A stretch of 64,000 nt of DNA, taken from contig JBNZDD010013714.1 in NCBI GenBank assembly GCA_050575255.1, positions 4,619,600 through 4,683,599 of the forward strand. Reading direction: 5' to 3'. Under the pieces are notes generated by a model. That model was given only the letters and a program-made list of their open reading frames with translations, made no database searches and was not told the DNA's origin. Position 1 is the stretch's first letter; each line of letters begins with the position of its first letter. Below, piece by piece: positions 62,256 to 64,000 of the stretch. This stretch comes from Harriotta raleighana. Lineage: Eukaryota. Position numbers and translations under genes: made by a program.

Positions 62256-62751
62256 CTTGCTGCAAAGCACAAGAGCAGGTTTCACAATGATGTGCACTAT
62301 TATTAGTTTGAAATTCAAGATTTCTAATGTTGATGCAATTTTTCTCTGATTGTCCAATTATCAGGTGGCTTTATTATCCTGGATTGTCTTTCCATTGTCA
62401 CTACATCAATCTAGCCATATAGGTATTCAAACAGATGTTTGACAGGTATCCAACAGAAATACTCAGGATAACACAGAACATGTGTTGTAGATGAGCTTTA
62501 ACACTGTTCGACTGATATTTGGTATTTTATGCCTAAACTACTCAATAAAATAAGCACAGTATAATTTATGCAGGAAGTTATTTGTATCCCTGTTAAGTAC
62601 TTTTATAGTTGAGATCCAGGACAGTAAACTGCTTCACTTCAATCTCAATAAATATTTTACTGTTGCAGGTTGGGGGTTAATGACCCCCAACTGACTTCTC
62701 CATAAACTCATCGCTTGTTCCCACTAAAATATAGGACAAAACAAGCTGCAA

Positions 62752-62875
62752 TATAATCCTTTTTTGATATAGTGCCTTATCACGTCATTGTCTAATAGCA
62801 CAGAAATATTGACTGTATGTTTTGTTTGTGTGGACGAAACACAGCAGCCAATTCCGCACGGCAGTATCCCATCTA
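62752..62875 (-). mobile_element. SINE 3' half
   Basis: ttgatatagtgccttatcacgtc...gcagccaattccgcacggcagtatccca. Confidence 0.8.
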
Positions 62876-63403
62876 TACGAATAAAGACAAAATGTCTGTA
62901 TATCTGTCAGCCAATAACGCGATAACCGATTGTCATAGAAACCCGATTTATACCTCATTGGAAACATCTTCCACGACGGGGACGGGGACGGGGGGCTAAC
63001 ACATGTACTGCAGTTTTGCTTAAGGTGTACACACAGTGTTTATGGCATGTTAAATAATTTATGAGTGTTATCACTGAAGGCCAGGTAAAGAGAAAATCAG
63101 ATCTAATATCCATTGTGCCTAAGTAATCTGGTGGTAATCATAGCTGGGCTCATTCATAAAGATTGCACACGTTTGCTGTTGCAGAGATCTATTGGTGTCT
63201 TGCGGAAGTATACACCATCAAGAGAAGAGCGAGCATCTGCAGAATGAGGGGTGGAGGATTGATGGGAGTTAAAAGTATCAATAATAAAGAAAATATTTGT
63301 GGCAAATTTTATTGCAATCCACAGCCAATTCCAAAGGATGAATGAGTTCTGCATTGGAAGGATGAGATGGGGGTTCAAAGGGTCTTCTTCACCCATATCT
63401 CTC

Positions 63404-63439
63404 TTGTGATTTGAGTGATCTTTGTGATTTGAGTGATCT
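63404..63439 (+). repeat. Perfect 18-bp tandem duplication
   Basis: ttgtgatttgagtgatct x2. Confidence 0.9.
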
Positions 63440-64000
63440 TTTAGACTATTCTAGGGCTCTGAGTTACAATCCACATGAAATTCAATGTCTCTTTATTTGT
63501 TACTAAACATTATAGCCCTTGGACTTCTACAATGACTATGTCCTAGATTTGGGCCTGAGTTACCGAGTTTTTGGTGCTGGACACAGTTGGTGAAGATGAA
63601 CGCAGCTTAACTGAACACTTGAAAGTGTGTTATCAATCAGCAGAGCCAGGCACCATGCTGGAAACAATCTGGACAATGCAGATAATTAACTTGTTCCAGC
63701 ATGCTTCGTTCCATACACAATTAAGCATGACAATTCAAATCAAATGACTGCTATGCTTCAGAAGGTACACTGGTATTGCAGTCACTCAGAGCCGCCACAC
63801 CTCACATCTCAAATCCCAGCCACTAATGTGGGAAAATCGTCTGGACTGTCTCTCCTGGCTCCAAGGGAAGATGAGTGAAATTTACCTATTCAACTAAAAC
63901 CCATGGTCAGGTGTAAAACTATATGCGCAAACAAAATAATATAATTTCTTACTGTGACAAATTTGTCAAATAGTACAAATTACAAATAGTAATTTCATTG

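Noticed and set aside
1-64000. Short ORFs in the six-frame track as genes (e.g. 3890-4198, 13841-14299, 17182-17661)
   Set aside because: No recognisable domains, many overlap SINEs/LINEs or start at non-ATG codons, and lengths fit chance ORFs.

Overview
AT-rich, essentially non-coding vertebrate genomic DNA (large intron or gene desert). The repeat content (CR1 LINEs with ATTCTATG tails, L2 LINEs, tRNA-headed Deu-domain SINEs, AmnSINE2-like relics, a Penelope fragment) points by inference to a cartilaginous fish, possibly a chimaera. No host protein-coding gene can be identified. The only recognisable protein sequence is retroelement-derived: CR1 RT at 8836-9802, L2 and CR1 C-termini, and a Penelope GIY-YIG C-terminus at 8693-8773. 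About 40 SINE copies or fragments fall into two families with different tRNA heads and a shared L2-like 3' half. The most distinctive structures are a Penelope fragment bracketed by ~50-bp inverted repeats, a 1.1-kb Tigger/pogo-type non-autonomous transposon carrying a G-rich 44-bp minisatellite, repeat-free enhancer-like blocks, and weak candidate exons (a 7-codon first exon and an 11-nt microexon). There are two N gaps. I found no convincing evidence for a wholly new biological system. Family names come from remembered consensus sequences, not database searches, and boundaries of decayed repeats are approximate.
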